From: Thalia democratica
Lineage: Eukaryota
Length of the DNA stretch: 64,000 bases
Reading direction: 5' to 3'
Assembly: GCA_965202585.1 (NCBI GenBank)
Contig: OZ241830.1
Span: 67,580,001 to 67,644,000 of the forward strand
In this document: positions 35,825 to 51,800 of the stretch, piece by piece
How the letters are laid out: each line of letters starts with the position of its first letter
How positions within the stretch are numbered: position 1 is the first letter of the stretch
Translations under genes and position numbers: made by a program
Notes under the pieces: generated by a model
The model's input: only the letters and a program-made list of their open reading frames with translations
Told to the model about the DNA's origin: nothing
The model's database searches: none

Positions 35825-37231
35825 CTAAGTGCCAAATAATTGTATAAATTGTACAGAAATCTAAGACAAAATTCATTCAAAAACATCTTTATTAAAGCAA
35901 CAAACAAGTAAAATCGATTTCGGCTAACGCTTTTCAATTACTTTAGTTAGCAACTAATTTTAAGATTAAATTTTGAGTATATAAATAGTTAGAGGTTACA
36001 TCAGAAAAATCAATTAACACTAATTAGCATAATTGAGCAAAAATTAATTAAACATTCACAATTCATAAATGCATATACAAAACAGTTTATCAGTAATTTA
36101 ACTAAGATAAGCAACATTAAAAATAAAATAAAAATAAGCGACAAAATTCAAATAAAATCTATAACAACTTATAAAGATTAGATTTATAAACGTATTGTTG
36201 CTTACACAAATTAGGTTTACATGTTTTTATAAATAGAGATTCTAAAACACTTAGGTGATAATCGTTACGAGCTTTTTTACTCTTTATTTTCGTAATCGTC
36301 TTTTTTTTTCGATTGACTAACAACGGACGATTCATAGCAAAATGTTTTTATCATATTCGTTTAGATCAGAGTAGTACAAAGCTGTATGCAATAAAGAAGT
36401 TTAATATGACTAATAATTTAATTTTGCATAAAAACATGATAAATCATAAGGTACATTTTGTAGTAGAAATCAATTTAGAACACTTATAAATTGAATCATT
36501 CAAGTCAACTTAAATATCGCAAACAAGTTCAAACTCACTTAAGAACCAAAAATACCCTACAAACTTGTAACTTTTTAAAAATTATACAAAAACATTCATA
36601 TTTTTGATAGCAGATTGATAAAATAAAATTTAAAAGTTAAAAAAACTAACAAGATAAAGTTTCAAACTTTATAATACAAAACTTTAAAAATTTTAATTAT
36701 AATGTTTTTAAGGCTTGTAATTGATTATATGTTATAAAAACCTACATTTTATGCAATAATGTAAAAAAAAGTGTCTTATTTCTAGATGTATAAATAGCAT
36801 AAAAAAAAGTTAGTCATTATTTGAAATCATTACTGGTTTATAATTAGTTTTATTGTTTGAGACAGCAAACGAAGGAAAAATACAAATGTTTTTACTTTAT
36901 ACATTTTTATCAGTTTAAATTTTTAGTATTATAAAAAATCTAGGTATCACAAAATTATAACTTCCTAAAACTTCAATTTTCTAAACGAAACTTACAATAT
37001 AGTAAATAACTTTTAAAATCAACACAATTATAAAAAAGAGTGAAAATCTTAAGAGCTCTTCTGCAAGCTTATCGAAGGAAAAAATCTAAAATAACTGAAG
37101 GTTTGTGCTTAATAAGAAAATTTTTCAAACGTCCTTGATAAAAGTAGGAATAAAATTCTACAAAAATTTACTAAAAAGGCATAAGCAGCAAAACAAACTA
37201 AAACCGTCAATTGAAATTGAGACGTGCAGCA

Positions 37232-40200
37232 TCAAACGACGTTGTGTTTGAACAGCACGTAGTTGGCCATCGTGTGGTTGCCCGACTGCCGGTACATCAA
37301 GCTGAGGTTGAAGGCGATCTCGTGCCGGAGGTCGAAGCTGTCCTCGCACACCGCGTCGACCACAGTGGCAGGTGGTCCGCACTTCAACGCGTCCTCGTAA
37401 ATGTGCACCGCAAAGTGGTTCAGCCCGATCTGGTGGAGGGCGCGCCCGATGTTGTACAGCGACTCCTGCTTGTTGTTCCGCAGCTGCCATTTCAAACATT
37501 ATACAGGTTTGTTCAAGTTTTATTTGAAATATCAGCCTTTTCAGTTTATATTAAATAACATCATTACTGAAAGAAGGATATTTTGTTTACTTATCAAACA
37601 GAAGCTGACTCATGAACTTTCAAAAATTTTAAGTAGCTTTTATTGTTATTGAATGCACAAAGTTAAAATTATGTTTGCGGGTATTTATATCCGAATGAAA
37701 TAAGTGCGGGTTAAAACTGTACTTACAAAAAACCTTTATATAGCTTTTATTAATCTTTAATAGTTAACCTATCAATGAAATATTACAAACAACTTTGTTT
37801 CATTAATTTCAAAAACGTCAGCTTTTAGACTTTATCAAAACAAATATTCTAGCAAGAAAACTAAACATTACCATTGAGGATCTTCAACGTAATAAACAGT
37901 CTATCAAAATAATCAAACCTGGCAATACTTGGCAAGGAGTGCGAAGGCTTGCGCGACATAAGTGTGCTTGTTACCGCAAGTTTTCTGCGTGAGTATGTGG
38001 CAGTAGCAAATTCCCACTATCAAATGCAGTTCCGGATTTTCTTGCTCCTGCAAGTATTCTTGTTATTTATCCGATAAGTTTATTCGATAGCAACGACGAA
38101 AGTTGGTTTAAAAAAGCTACGTACGTTTTCTAAATGAATCTAAAGACATTTTTAAACTGTAAAAGTATTACTTTAACTTACACATTCACTTCTTTAATAC
38201 ATTACACAAAGATACTATAAGAGTTTCAAAAATTTATGAATTTTAGATATAAGTAAAAGAACGAGTTTAAAAAACTATATACTTTTAGTTTTTCTCAGAA
38301 AAGGATTAAAATTGTTAATAACGTTTAGTTTGCTTATAATTACTTTTTGAAACTTTACTTGGTTTTTAATAAAATATATTAGTGAACTTTTATTATGTAC
38401 TATTCTGTTTTTGATAACTAAAAATTATGAAAAACAAATAAAGTACAGATACATCCACAAAAAACTGACAAACTTCTTCTAGTAGTTCGATGTAATAATT
38501 AAGTGCAGGTCTGAAGTTATTAGATGCAATATCTCCATGAGCGAACATGCTTTGAAGCGGGTAAACTTTCTTATCTTGTACCTGTAATTGTATACTTGCT
38601 TTTCGTGAATGCTTTTAAAAAGAAAACAGATTAACCACTTTGTTTTGCTAGTAATTAAATTTGAAAATAACACTAAAACAACTTATCATTATTGCGAAAA
38701 ACTTTAACTTACTCTGCAATTAAAAAGTGGTAAACATAACCAGTCATTAAAATAATACTTTACATTAGCACAAAACAAAAAACGTCAACATAAGTTTACT
38801 TACTATAAAGCGCATTATTGTTGTAAAAACAATAACTATTGGAATAAAATAATAGATAACCAATACTGGGATATAGACAGTATTCAATAAACACGTATTT
38901 ATTATCTTAGATAAAAAAAACCTTAAACGCAAAATTTTCTGCCTTGCAATTAATAATACTTTTCTGCGAATTTTTTTGACACAATACTGACCGCCATGAT
39001 TCTGTGGAGAAACCTGTGAGTGTTTTTGAGAACCTTCTGACTGTGAGACATCCTGGTGACCACCTGATTGAATATATTCCACACGTGGTTCTGCACCGAC
39101 GACTGGTCCTCCTTCTTCGACAAGATCACCTTCCTTCAATTGATATACAACAGGTTTGTATGGAAACAATGTACAGTAAGACAGTGTTTGTATAAATGAT
39201 GTTAGAATTTTAAACTTATATTTATAAAAAAAAAACAGTCTTTATTTCGGATGCCATTTATAAAAGCACTAAAAGTTTTAATACAGTTTTTAATTTAAAA
39301 ATGTATACTAAAATCCAAAATTAGCTGAAAATACTGCTTGATAAGTTTATTTATGTTTGTAAAATTAAAATTTAATAAAAATGCAGCAAAGTATTCATTA
39401 TATCAACAAAACAAATAACTTGATTCAAACAAACTTGAGTATTTTGTAGGCGTAATAGTACCACCCGCTCAACAGGCTGAACCTGAACAAAATAACTTCC
39501 AGCTTGCTTCTTGAAATTTTCGCGCGCGAAAAGAAGTTTTTCTCCTTCATAACGTGGTCGCTTATCAAACAGGCCTCCTTGTATCTTTTGCACGTGTTGA
39601 GCAGGTTCAGCAACTCCTTGATTGATAAGGTTGATTATATTGGTGGAGTCTTAGGTCGTAAAATTTTTTGTACTAAAGAAATAATATGCAGCAAAAATAT
39701 TAAAATAGTTTGGAATCTTAAGTTGTAAACTATTTGTATTAAAATGGATTTTTTTGGTATGATTTAACCTTATGTTAAAGTTGAGCTTATCTCACGGCAT
39801 ACGAAGGTCCAGGCTTAAGCTTTTAACTTTGTCAAACTTTTAACTTTTTAATAATAAAAAAAAAATTATGCATCTATCTTAAATAAAAATTGTTTCAATT
39901 AAGAACTTTTGATAGTTTGAATTAAAAACCAAACATAAAAAAACTTTTATATATAATTTTCAAAAAAATTAAAAACATTGTTTTTTATAACTTTTTTATT
40001 TTACATATAAAGGTTTCTAATAACTAAAATAGTTTTAAAAAAATTGAACGTAAGCTTTACTAGTATTAATAACTTATTGTAATAAATTGCAGAACTTATA
40101 AAATCACTTAAAAAATTTTCACAGCATCAAAGCTCAAACATTAGTATGTATTACACAAAAATGTTTGTGTTTAATACTGATTTTTAAAAAGTTTTCTTCT

Positions 40201-42854
40201 TGACTGAAATTTTCCGTATAATTGAGCGTCCGGATAAGTGAATAAGCATTGTACAACTAAACTATTTTTCAATTAAAAAATTACACTCATATTTCAAACT
40301 CGCTTACAAGTGTCAAAAGCAAAACTAAAAGAGTTTCAAATACACTAGCGTTCTAAAACATACCTGTGAAACAGTATCAAAACAAACCTTGTAAAAGTCG
40401 ATCCACTGCCTCTGCTTGAAGACCTGCCAGTCGGCTTTCAGGTACAATTCCTCGTCAATCCTCTGCTTGCCCGCCCTCTTGCAAGTCACTTTGATCTCGC
40501 CTGCGAACGGGTTGGTTGTTTTCCTACTTCGCTTCACTATTGACAGCTGAAAAATTTGAACGTTGAACCAGTTAATTTGTATTTATTTTAAAAGTTATTA
40601 AGTGCCCAGACAGTATGAGAAAATTAAAGTTTGATAATTCGGTAAAGACCTTGTAAATAATATATTTTTGTTTACACAAAGTAAAGTGAGAAATGAAGAA
40701 TCAGCATGATATTTAGAAGATAAAATAAGTAATTTTTTTAAGAAAAATTTAACAGATAAAAAATAAAAGTTGCATTCAATATGGTCGTCAAAGGTTTTTC
40801 TGACAAAATTTTCTAGGTTTTCTAAACTTATTCCAGATATTTTAAATAACAATATTTTGGTTTCTTTTGGTTTGAAAGTAAATTTAAGGTAAACAACTGA
40901 CTTAGAATGTATAACAACATTGAAAAGACACTGTAAATCTACTTAAAATATGTTAAAAAAGCACTTTATTATTATTTTCTTTTACTATATGATAGATTTT
41001 TGAAATATAATCGAAATTTAATTTCTTTGCATGTTAAGTTTCTTTAAAATTCCAGATTTTTTAATGATTTTTGTTCAAAATTCCAGATTTTCCAGGCTTT
41101 TCCCAGATTTCTCAAACTCCAGGTTTTTTTTTACAAAATTGTCAAATGTCAGGTTTTTTAACAACTCTGATACGAAAATAACCAAACAAAGTACTTTTAT
41201 ATTTATTGGAAAACAAGAAAACTGTCTGTACTAAGCAGAAAAAGTGCTAACTGAAATTAACCTCAGTTTTGAAAGTACTTTTCAGTCTGTTGGCGAGCAT
41301 AATCAATACAACATCCGCTGCAGCTGCTAGCTTCTTTCTGTGATTAATCATGTTTATTAGCATTAAGGGTATAAGTTAGTTAAGAATTAATAAACATTTT
41401 TTTTACTTCCAGTAACTTTAAAAAAAAATAGTCTATCAGTTGGTATTAGTGATCTATCGTATCCTAATTTTGTGAATTGGTTTAAGCACTTATAATTGAG
41501 CAAAATATTTCTTTAATTTAAAATTTGCTTTAAAGCAGTGTTTCTAATAATATATGTATTAAAACTCTAGGTTTTCATAATTGGTTATAAAACTTCGGTG
41601 CAATTTTTATTATCAAGAAAAACATTCTACAAAAAAAAACATTTTTGAAAACATTTTAACTTAATAATTTAACCACAATAAAATAATCTACTGTAAAAAG
41701 TATTAATAATACAATTACAAAACAACTAATGTTCGGTTTTTTTCTATAGTTTCTACACATTAAGCGTTTCATCAGAACAGTAACAGAGTTAAAATAAACC
41801 TTTTTTAAAGAATCAAAAAATTTCACATTATAACGTTTCAAATAAATTTAAATAACTTCAGTTGGCTAATGCATTAGCCAACTAAAACTATTCCAATTTA
41901 TTTGAAACGTCGTAATGTGTATTTTTTTGATCCTTAAAAAAATATGCTAACTTTGTTATTGTTCTGATGAAACTACAGTAAACAAACCGAACATTAGTTT
42001 TTTTTTTATTATTAATATTAATCTCTGCTTTCGTATCAAAAGATTTGGCTTTTATCGAATAAAAAAACAGCTCCAAATACTGTTTTAAGTACATAAGTAA
42101 TCTTCTTAAAATTATCTTTTCCTCATCTAGATTTTATTATACATATTTATTAATAATTTTTAACTTTGCTAAAGCTAAACAGAACGTAAGGAAAAAATCA
42201 GACTTCAAATTAGGGTTTCATTATAAAAAAATACTATTTAATTTTAGCTAACGATTCTTAAATTCTATTTAAGCTGATAAAAGTGTTCTGGTAACTCGAA
42301 ACGGCACAGCTTGACTTCTTAAACATAAAAACAAACGCGCTAACTTAACATTCAACAAATAACAAACTTTTTATTGGGATGCTGGCCCCACTTTTTGAAA
42401 ACTTTGAACCTGCAATTCAGCAGCCTCATCTGGTCTTTCGGTGAAATTTCATTTTCATTCTCCTCTTTCTCAGCTCCATCTAGTGTCTAAAGTATTATCA
42501 AAAAATTAGACACTTCACAAAATCTCAAAAAGTTTCAAACAAAAGCAGACTAATTAAACAACCAAAACACCTCGATGGCGACGCGGTATTCCCCGGTGTC
42601 GAGCAAGATGGCGGCCAGCTCCAGCCTGATGTCGACCGAGTCCTCCGCCGATATCTGCAGGCACTTGAAAAAATTCTCCTTGGCGCTCTTGTAGTCGTTG
42701 AGCTTCAGCAGCAACATGCCCTTCAACTTGAACAGCTCTTTGCTGGTGGAAAAGTGCGCGAAGTGGTGGACTTCCAATTCCTCGATCAACCGCAACGATT
42801 CGACGTACTGGCCCGCTTCGAAGCACGCCACGCAAACACTTATCTGCACGTCCG
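37232..42854 (-). CDS. GTF3C3: GTF3C3 3' nine exons, duplicate in copy B (+33580)
   Basis: Same exons; ORF-track translations are identical. Confidence 0.9.
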
Positions 42855-45800
42855 CTGTTTGTCAGGAACTTGTTAAGCAGGGTTGCCAAAGGATTTTGGC
42901 AAGTTTTCTCCAGGTTTTCAAAATTTCTTCCAGGTTTCTAAAATTAGACGTTTTACGGTCTATTTTCAGTTTTTAAATTAAGTTTAAGGTAAAAAACTGT
43001 GCCTAATAGTATAACAACATTGAAAAGATTTCTAAAAGCTTCTATAAATTTGTTTTTTTATTAAAAAAAATTTGAAGATGACAAAAATGTTTATTTATAA
43101 GATAGATTATTTATTTGCAATTAAAACTTTACTACTTGACATTTAAAAGTTGTTTAAAATACCATACTTTTCAGGTATTTTTAGTGATTTTTACTCAAAA
43201 TACCAGGTTTTTTTCAAAATTACTCTAATTCAGGATTTTTCTTTTTTTTTTACCTTGAATTTTCAAATTACAAATTTTTCCTGGATTCGAGGTTTTTTGG
43301 TAACCTTAAAAAAGACATAACTTAACCCTCATATCTTTTAGTATATTAGTTTACAATAAAATTAAAAAATCTTAACTTTGCAGGTATTTTTTTACCTTTA
43401 TATATATAATTATGTATACAATATTAACAACTAGTTTTTTTTTTTGCCTAATTTTAAATAGCACTATTTTTAATTTCAAATAGGCCACATAAAAAATTCA
43501 AAGTAAATTTTGAGATAAAAGCCAGCGAAGTTGGTGAGCTCAGTAAGTTCCTTAAAGAAAGAGCAAACAAATAACGCAAAAAAAAAGATTATTTCACTAA
43601 AAACCTATCTTCTCCCTAAAATACATTCTATTTTACAGAAAGTCCATTATCAATATTTAAATATTTTTTAAATACAAAAATATTTTCATTAAAAAAAAAA
43701 TATTTATAATATTTTAAAAATTTCAACATTCAAAGTCTTAAAACTATATTAGGAACTATTCCTAAAAAATTTTGAGTCTTAAATTTTACAAATGAAATAA
43801 AAAAAGATAGATATTTTGTGATTTTAAAAATTCTGAGAAAATTGACAATGAAAAATTTGTAACTTTTTACAAAAAATAAAACATCTCAAAATTCTATAAT
43901 TTTTTACAAAAAATAAAACATCTCAAAATTAAAATAAATTTTTATAATATCAAACAGTGGACTCATAACATGAAAAAGTAAAAATTAAGTTTTTGGAATT
44001 TTTCTTTGAAAATTTGTAGGTAGAAAGTCAAGGTTCTAAACTAAACTGTAAAAAGAACTATATATATATAACAACATTATTAATATTTTTTTAACATCTC
44101 TATCTACTTTAAGGTTTTTTTTCGATAATAAGTTAAGGGCATAGGGGTGTCCGACATTTTTTTTTTACAAAAATAACATTGGACCTTATATGAAAGCTTA
44201 AAGTACAAACAACAAGCCAGTTTTTATAGAATTAAAAAAATTTATTTAACTTTTGAGATATTCTAATTTTCATAAAAAGTTTCCAATACAAATGAAAAAT
44301 TGAAAGTTTTTCTAAGTCAATTTTCTTGGAAATTTAAAACATCACTAAAAACGTATCTTCTCCTTCATTTTTTGCGATAGAGACCTTAAATTTTCAGGAA
44401 ACGTTCCTTTTGTAGTTTAAAAAAATTGAAAGTTGGAGTTTTTAAATATTAAAAAAATAACTTTAGATAAGAATAAAACAAAAAAAAATAGGTGGTTTTT
44501 TTTTTAATAAAAATTTTATTTTTCAAAATTAAAAAAATTTCAATCTTTTTAAAATTTAATAATACACTTTTTTAGAAAATTTGAAGAACATTGCTTTAAA
44601 AATGAAGGAGGAGATAGATTTTAAGTGAAATGGTCTTTTTTTGTGTTTTTAGTTTGGGCCTTTCATTAGAAACCTATTGATGTCACTGACTTTGACTGCT
44701 CATGTTTTTAAAAATACTATGAATTTTTTCAAACTGTTAAATTAAAAATGTCTGATAGCTCGTATAAAACTCTATAAAATAAGATCAACTTGTAAAAATC
44801 AAGGAGGACCCCCCTATGCCCTTAAGCTTATTGTGTAAGTTAAGAATATTTCATATTCTTGTAATAATTCATAAAACTTCGAAAAGTTGAAAAACAATAG
44901 TATCAAGTAGGGATGGGAAATGTATGACCTGTAGACCAAATCTGTTAGCAAACAGAAATATGTGGCTGTGAAGTATTTTTAGCTTTGCAGAAAACAAATA
45001 AAATTAAGCTCTTACTAACAATAACTATACAATTTTCTTTTAATTTATTTTTAGTACACAGTTGTTTTTAATGAACCAGTAATTTAAACAATTAGTTTCA
45101 AACATTTTTTTTTCTTTGTGGTTGTAAAAATATTCAAAACTACATAGCCCACTAAAACTGCTTTTTAAAAAGTCTAGCCAAAGAGAGAATTTTTTAAGTA
45201 AATTTGTTCTAATAACTAAAAAAGTTTTCCACCCTTATTACAACAGTACAAAACTTTCTTAGACAAAAATGTAGTATTTGTGCAAACCAACTATGATACA
45301 TAAAAACAATGATAATATTTATTTGACAAAACAAAACCAACTTGTTTTCATAGGAAGTAGAACACATCTGGTTGTATTCTTGCTGCTCAGCATAAGTGTA
45401 TGTGGAGCTGACAGGCTTCAATTCCAGGCTGACTTCTGTTGAGTGTGGCTCCTCTGCTTGTGAAACATCCATTTGTTCTTCACCTTCTTATTGATATTAA
45501 ATTTATTAGATAAGTTTACTAACTATTCTTAAATTGCATTAGTAAAACATTTACTTTATACATTAGTATTTGTGTATATTGTTTTATTAAAACAACAATG
45601 ATCAAATATAAAAAAATGTTTTTTCTAAATATTTAAACTGTAGTAGAGAATTTCTGTACAGTATTTTTCTCTGAATACTGACCACCAAAACTGTCAAATT
45701 TTGTTATTAAAACCAAGTGCATGCAGTTTTTGAAACAATAGTTCTAAGTGTACCTCTAATATATAAATACTTTAAATTATCAAAAATGTGTATTTGCTTT

Positions 45801-48800
45801 ATTAAGAAGAATCTAAAAAATAATTGCAAACAAAAGGTATGCCGGCCAAAAAATTAGTTACCCCAAAATCACATATTTTTCATCTTAAACAGTAATAAAA
45901 TCACTTATACATGTCCTAGACTTATACTTATTGATTTGGTCTTAAGACGTTTTTGAGACTTCTTTTCATGTAATATGACATCATAATCACCCTAAATACA
46001 CAAACTTTGTCTGTAAAATAATGATTTTTGGAATATTGAAAAGCATAGCTGGTCAGTGATTTTAATAAGAAAAAATAATGTAAAACAAAAATTTCAGGTT
46101 ATTTACTTACCTTTAAAAGTTTAGGTGATGTGGTGTGCATGTCAACGGGATATTTGATGTTGTAGTTCATTTAGCTTTAAGTGTTTAAAAAACCCTTGAA
46201 TATTTATTTAATTAGCACACAACAAATTAATGAGATATTAAAAAGTTATGATTTATTATAGGCAAGATAATGTTGTATAGCATTGAACATTAAATTAATG
46301 ATTGCAAAGTAAAGACTTTACAAATAAATAACATTGCAAAATAAAACAAAAATTGTATCATTTAGCATTAACACTTAACATTGTTGCAAATGACTGATAC
46401 TTGTAGAAGTTTTTGCATAAAAATCTGTGTACACACAAGTTATAGTTGTGTGAGTGAGAATCTATTATAAAAAGAATTAAATTTTTTAGTATACTTGAAC
46501 TTTGTTTCAAAAATACTCTACAGAGTTTTGTTTGTCTTGTAACATATGGACTTTGTGGCAATATAAAAGTAGTTATTTTTCAAACTCATTCATGAATATT
46601 TTGATAAGTGTGTCTTTATTTAGCATTCACTCACTATGCACAAAATGGTTTTTTTTATTTTCTACCTGCTTCAAAAAGTTGTTATACCAATGACTACAAA
46701 AACTGTATAGTTTTGGCAAATATGGCAAAACGATTCAAATTAAATAATAACTAAAATGATTTTGCAAAAGTTAAATTTAATGCTATTACCTGATGAGATA
46801 AAGGTAAATAAAATAAATCTTGTACAAATTGTTAAGTAATAAACATATTTAAAACAAAAAGAAAACAATTTCGTAAAATTAAGAGTTGAACGCTTATTTT
46901 ATATGTCTTTATAAAGTTGTCAATGTAATTTATATGAGCTTAATGAATTACTGTAGCTTAAATATTAAACAATATGTTAAACCAGTTATCGCCAATGTAG
47001 TAAAAAAGGTAGAAACTACGAAAAACTTTAAAAAGAATGAATAATAAGAATGAAATTAAAACAGTTTATTTTTTACAAAAAAAAAAAGTTTAAGGTTTAA
47101 CATTATGTAAAATAAAAAGCATTTTATGTTCGAAAAAGCTAAAAACAACCCTGCCATGCTAAGATAGTGTTTCAATTTGTAGTTTTTATGAATTCTCTAA
47201 AGTCTTACATTTTAATGTGACATCACAATAAAATAGTACTTTGCAAAATATTTTTTTCAATGAATATTCTTTTGAGAAAAGCACTTGTAGTAAAAACACC
47301 TTAGATGCTGTAGGTGTAAAGTAACTCTTTTTTTTTTCTTTTTTATACTGTTTATGTGAGCTTTGTACAATACTTAAGCAAACTCTATTTGATTGTCAAT
47401 ATTTTTGAAGATAAAACTTGATGATTGTTGCTCATTTTATCTTCTAAAACTCTTATATTTCTACATTGTGTGAGTAAGTTTAAGAACGCATTTGACCTAG
47501 TTTGGCATTCAACAGTCTTGAAAGTTTATGTTGATAATTTATATTGTTTTTCTCATGCAATACCTTTGAAGAAATTCTTTATTTAATCTTCTAGTTCATC
47601 ACAGAATCATATATCTTTAATAATAAAAAGTGTGATAAGTTTTTATACTTACAAGTATGGCATGTACAGACAAGATCAATTGGCTTGAATGCACTTACTT
47701 GATGCAAAAAATCATCAAGAGGCTTTAAAAACTTGCATATCAGTCTTTAAAATCTTTGAAACATCATTATAAAGTGAAATAAGTAGAGAAAAATTCAAAA
47801 TAATAGTTTGGCAACCAACAGTCTTGAAATTTATGTTGATAATCTATATTATTTTTCTCATGCAAAACCTTTGAAAAAATCTTTATTTTATCTTTTAATT
47901 CATCACAGAATGCATATATCTTTATTCATAAAAATTGTGACAAGTGTTTATACTACAAGCATGACATGTTCAGACAAGATCAATTGGCTTGAATGCACTT
48001 ACATGATGCATTTAAAAAAAATCATCAAGAGGCTTCAAAAACTTGCATCTCAGTCTTTGAAATCTTTGAAACATCATTGTAAAGTGAACTGAGCAGAGAA
48101 ATTCAAAAGAATTCTTATGAAAAATCTTTTGAACCTCTGTAAAATTTTTAATCTTCTAGCTTTTTTCAAAGGTCTTTATAAGTTGTAACTTTGGCTTTCT
48201 CCTACATCTTAAGATTAGGCAATGGATCACACTTTTTGGAATCTGATTAAAGATGAGTACCTACTACAGCAGCTGTTGAGGTTAGTTTGTTTTATAGTTA
48301 ATTAGATTGTTTTAATTTGTGCAAAACTTAGTATTTTTGCTAGGGTTACCAGTTATAGTAGTTGAATAATCAGTAACAAAGTCAAGGTTTTTTGGATATT
48401 TACAATAAATCTTGATATTCTGTCTTAAAGTTTTAGATTTTCTATTTATCAATTGTTGAGTCCTTTTAATACTATTAAATTTTTTGAGTTCTCATGCTTG
48501 AATAACATTAAGCTTTAGATGTTAATTAAGTTTTGCACAAATTCATATTAGCTATTCATAGAGTTGTATCCTTGGTTTATAAACATATATTTGTTTTGTT
48601 GGGCTTCATTCTCCTAACATTACTAGGCTATCTTAAATTAAGAGAAAACTTAAAAAAGAATAAATAAAATCACTTAAAAGTAGCAACATTTGTGCTAAAC
48701 TTTATATGCTTGTATGAAGAAGTTTTTTGTTCATGAATGAAGCCCAAAGAGACAGCAAGCTAATCTAAGTGTAGAAGTTTATTTACAACATAAAAATTAA

Positions 48801-51800
48801 GTTGTTTAGTTCTGATTGTATTAATGTAGTTTATACATTTATAAATTAATGATTTGTAATAAGAGTTACTTAAAGTGTGCATAAAAGATAAGTAGGAAGA
48901 GTAGTTATAAAACAAAAATGTCATTAGTTTCAAAGCTGTTTTAATTGTTATAAAGCTTTATTTATTCATTTTTTTTACAAAAGAAAACAGTTAAACCATA
49001 TCAGGATTAGGTTTGCTAAAAAACAAAATGTTCCAAAGTTTTAAGTTTACACTCATATATTTACAAAGCAATTCACAGCAAGCAAAATTTAAAATTTGTT
49101 AGTGTAAATTTGTATGAGGTTTATTCTCACTTTTTTTTAATTTTTCTCTTCTTCTATCACTAACTTCTTTCTGTTCTTTTATCTATCAATAATTTCTTTT
49201 GTTCATATGTTTGCACTAATAAGCATTTATCAACAACTTGCTGTATTGTTTTTTATGTATATGACAAATGTAAAGACTCAATTTTGGTAATAGTATAAAT
49301 ATACAGCCATAAAGATTTCAAATGATGCAAGTATTTGACAAACTTTGAAATGAACTACAGGCTAATAAACATATGTTATTGACACAAAGTAGTATGGTTT
49401 AACTGTTTTAGTTTGTAACAATGTATTGAAATGATAAGTTCAAAGCATCAAACACCTTTAATTTGTATGCACATTTTAAGAAACACACAAAAAGTTGTCT
49501 GAGATCAGTGATTAAACAAAGCAATTAAGTAAGCATTCAAAGTCTATTAGTGAATATATAAAGTAAATTAAAGTATACTAGTTAGTAAGTAGTGATGGTA
49601 GTAACAGCGCAAACCTTTGTAATTATTAGATTGCTAAATAATTACTTTACAATGAGACCAATTTAACTATCATGGATAAACTTTAGCTTAATAAGTTACA
49701 TGACAAGTAAAGTGATATCCTATAGTAGGAACAGTATAAAACTGAAGTTAACAAGAACATAAACTATTTTTTACAATTTTAAAGTTTTATTTGACAAAAA
49801 TATAGTTACTACTTGAATCAAAGTAATTTTAACTGTTTAGATGAATCTCAAGTGGTTTTTTATTTTTGATTAATTTAAGTTTTATACTGTTTTTAAAAGG
49901 TTATCTAAGTAAAATAAATTTACATAAGCAAGTTAACTGACTATTGTTTAAATGTATACATAGAATACAGTTCAATCATATAAATAGATTTGTCAATGTA
50001 CACATTTAAAAGGTCTGTAGTTTTTTTCTTTTTTTATTTGCTTTATTTTCTGTAATTAAAAAGTACACCTATCTATGAGGTTGATGAACTGTTTTCCATG
50101 TATATGTAAAACATTAGGTACTTAACCAGGATGATGTAGTATCTGTATTCATTTGTTTTTGGGTTTTAACCCTAACTTAAACATGTAGTTTTAACAAAAT
50201 AAAGGCATCTATAAGGTACGCATTCTAAGTATTACGCACTAGTTTTTTAATAACACTTTCTCTGTTATAAGTAAAGATTTTCTTTAAGTACTACGCACCC
50301 GCATAAGGTACGCACTAAATTTTCAATAACACATTATTTGCATTAATTAAATAGGTTTTCTAAAATAATGTACGCACCCGCTAAAAGTACGCACTAAATT
50401 TTTAATAACACATTATTTGCATTAATTAAATAGGTTTTCTAAAATAATGTACGCACCCGCTAAAAGTACGCACTAAATTTTTAATAACACATTATTTGCA
50501 TTAATTAAATAGGTTTTCTAAAATAAGGTACGCACTAAATTTTTCAGGCCCCCACCCATATTTTCAAAAATGGGGATTTCCCCAAACCGAAAATGTGATG
50601 AGATTTTTTGATGGAGATTATTTAAATTTATTTTTTAAGGCATTTCGCCGGCGAAAAATTTTTCATCTTTTCCTTTTCTCTTTTTCTTTACGGCCTTTTT
50701 TCTTGAAGGCCCTCTTTTTCTGTCAAATAGACCGTGAGTAGCGTAACTGCCAAACGAATATACGTTTATGCGTTGTATTTGTACGGTCTTTATCTGTTAT
50801 CTTTTACTAACCTTGAGCTTATGTGATCTAATTCATTGATGTGAAACCATTAAAGGCCTGACGGTAATATCAGTTATAGTTTTTCAATTATGACTGAGTG
50901 GTTTTATGTTTATGAGTTTGAAAGTTAAGTTTAAGGTAGCGGACAAGACTAAGGGCAGGCCGGAGAGATGACAGGTGCGAAGCACCGTGTCATCGACCGG
51001 CCGTAGCCCTTTGTTTTTTTTTAATTCTTGTCCTTTAGGCCCGGTTACTCTGCTGGTCGGCACCACCTTTAGTTATGACTTTGATGTACGAGTAAGTGTG
51101 CTAGTACTTCTAAGTCATAACTAAACTTTAACTTAACTAGAAGTTATAAGATATCACAGACTAATTTCACTCTCCAGTGTATGAAAAATAGAAATCTTTG
51201 CAATCATTGTATGTAGGAGATTTATGTAATTTAGATAGAAACAGTGCTCTAAAGTTTTACATTTCCCATTTACGTCTTAGTTTGTATAAATAAGTTTGGG
51301 TCATCATTTAAACTAGACACCAACAAATTACTGTTTTTGTCCACAATCTTCTATTAATTTTGTGATATTTTCAACGTTTACTTACACACAATTATTACGT
51401 CATAACCCGGTAGTTTCATACAGTATAAACTTAGTAATTTTTAATAACACTATAATATATGCATACTATGTATTGGATTGTAGATTATTAAGTTTTGTTT
51501 TAAATTGCTCTATATTTTTAAGCTAAGTAAAGCTTATACATTAATTAATACAGACATAAAAAATATTGCATAAAGTGTATCAAATTAAACTAATAGATTT
51601 AAATATTAATGGCAATCAACTCTCAATTTTTTTTTTATTGCTGCGTTTAACTATATACATAATGGCAGTTACCAGCTCTGTACTTTTAATAAATTAGAAC
51701 AAATACCGTTACGCCAACTAATTCTTCTTTTGAGGTAATTATCTTTAGTTATTTTTCAACTAAAATTGTTTGAAATTATTTTTAAGTTATGGTTTAGATT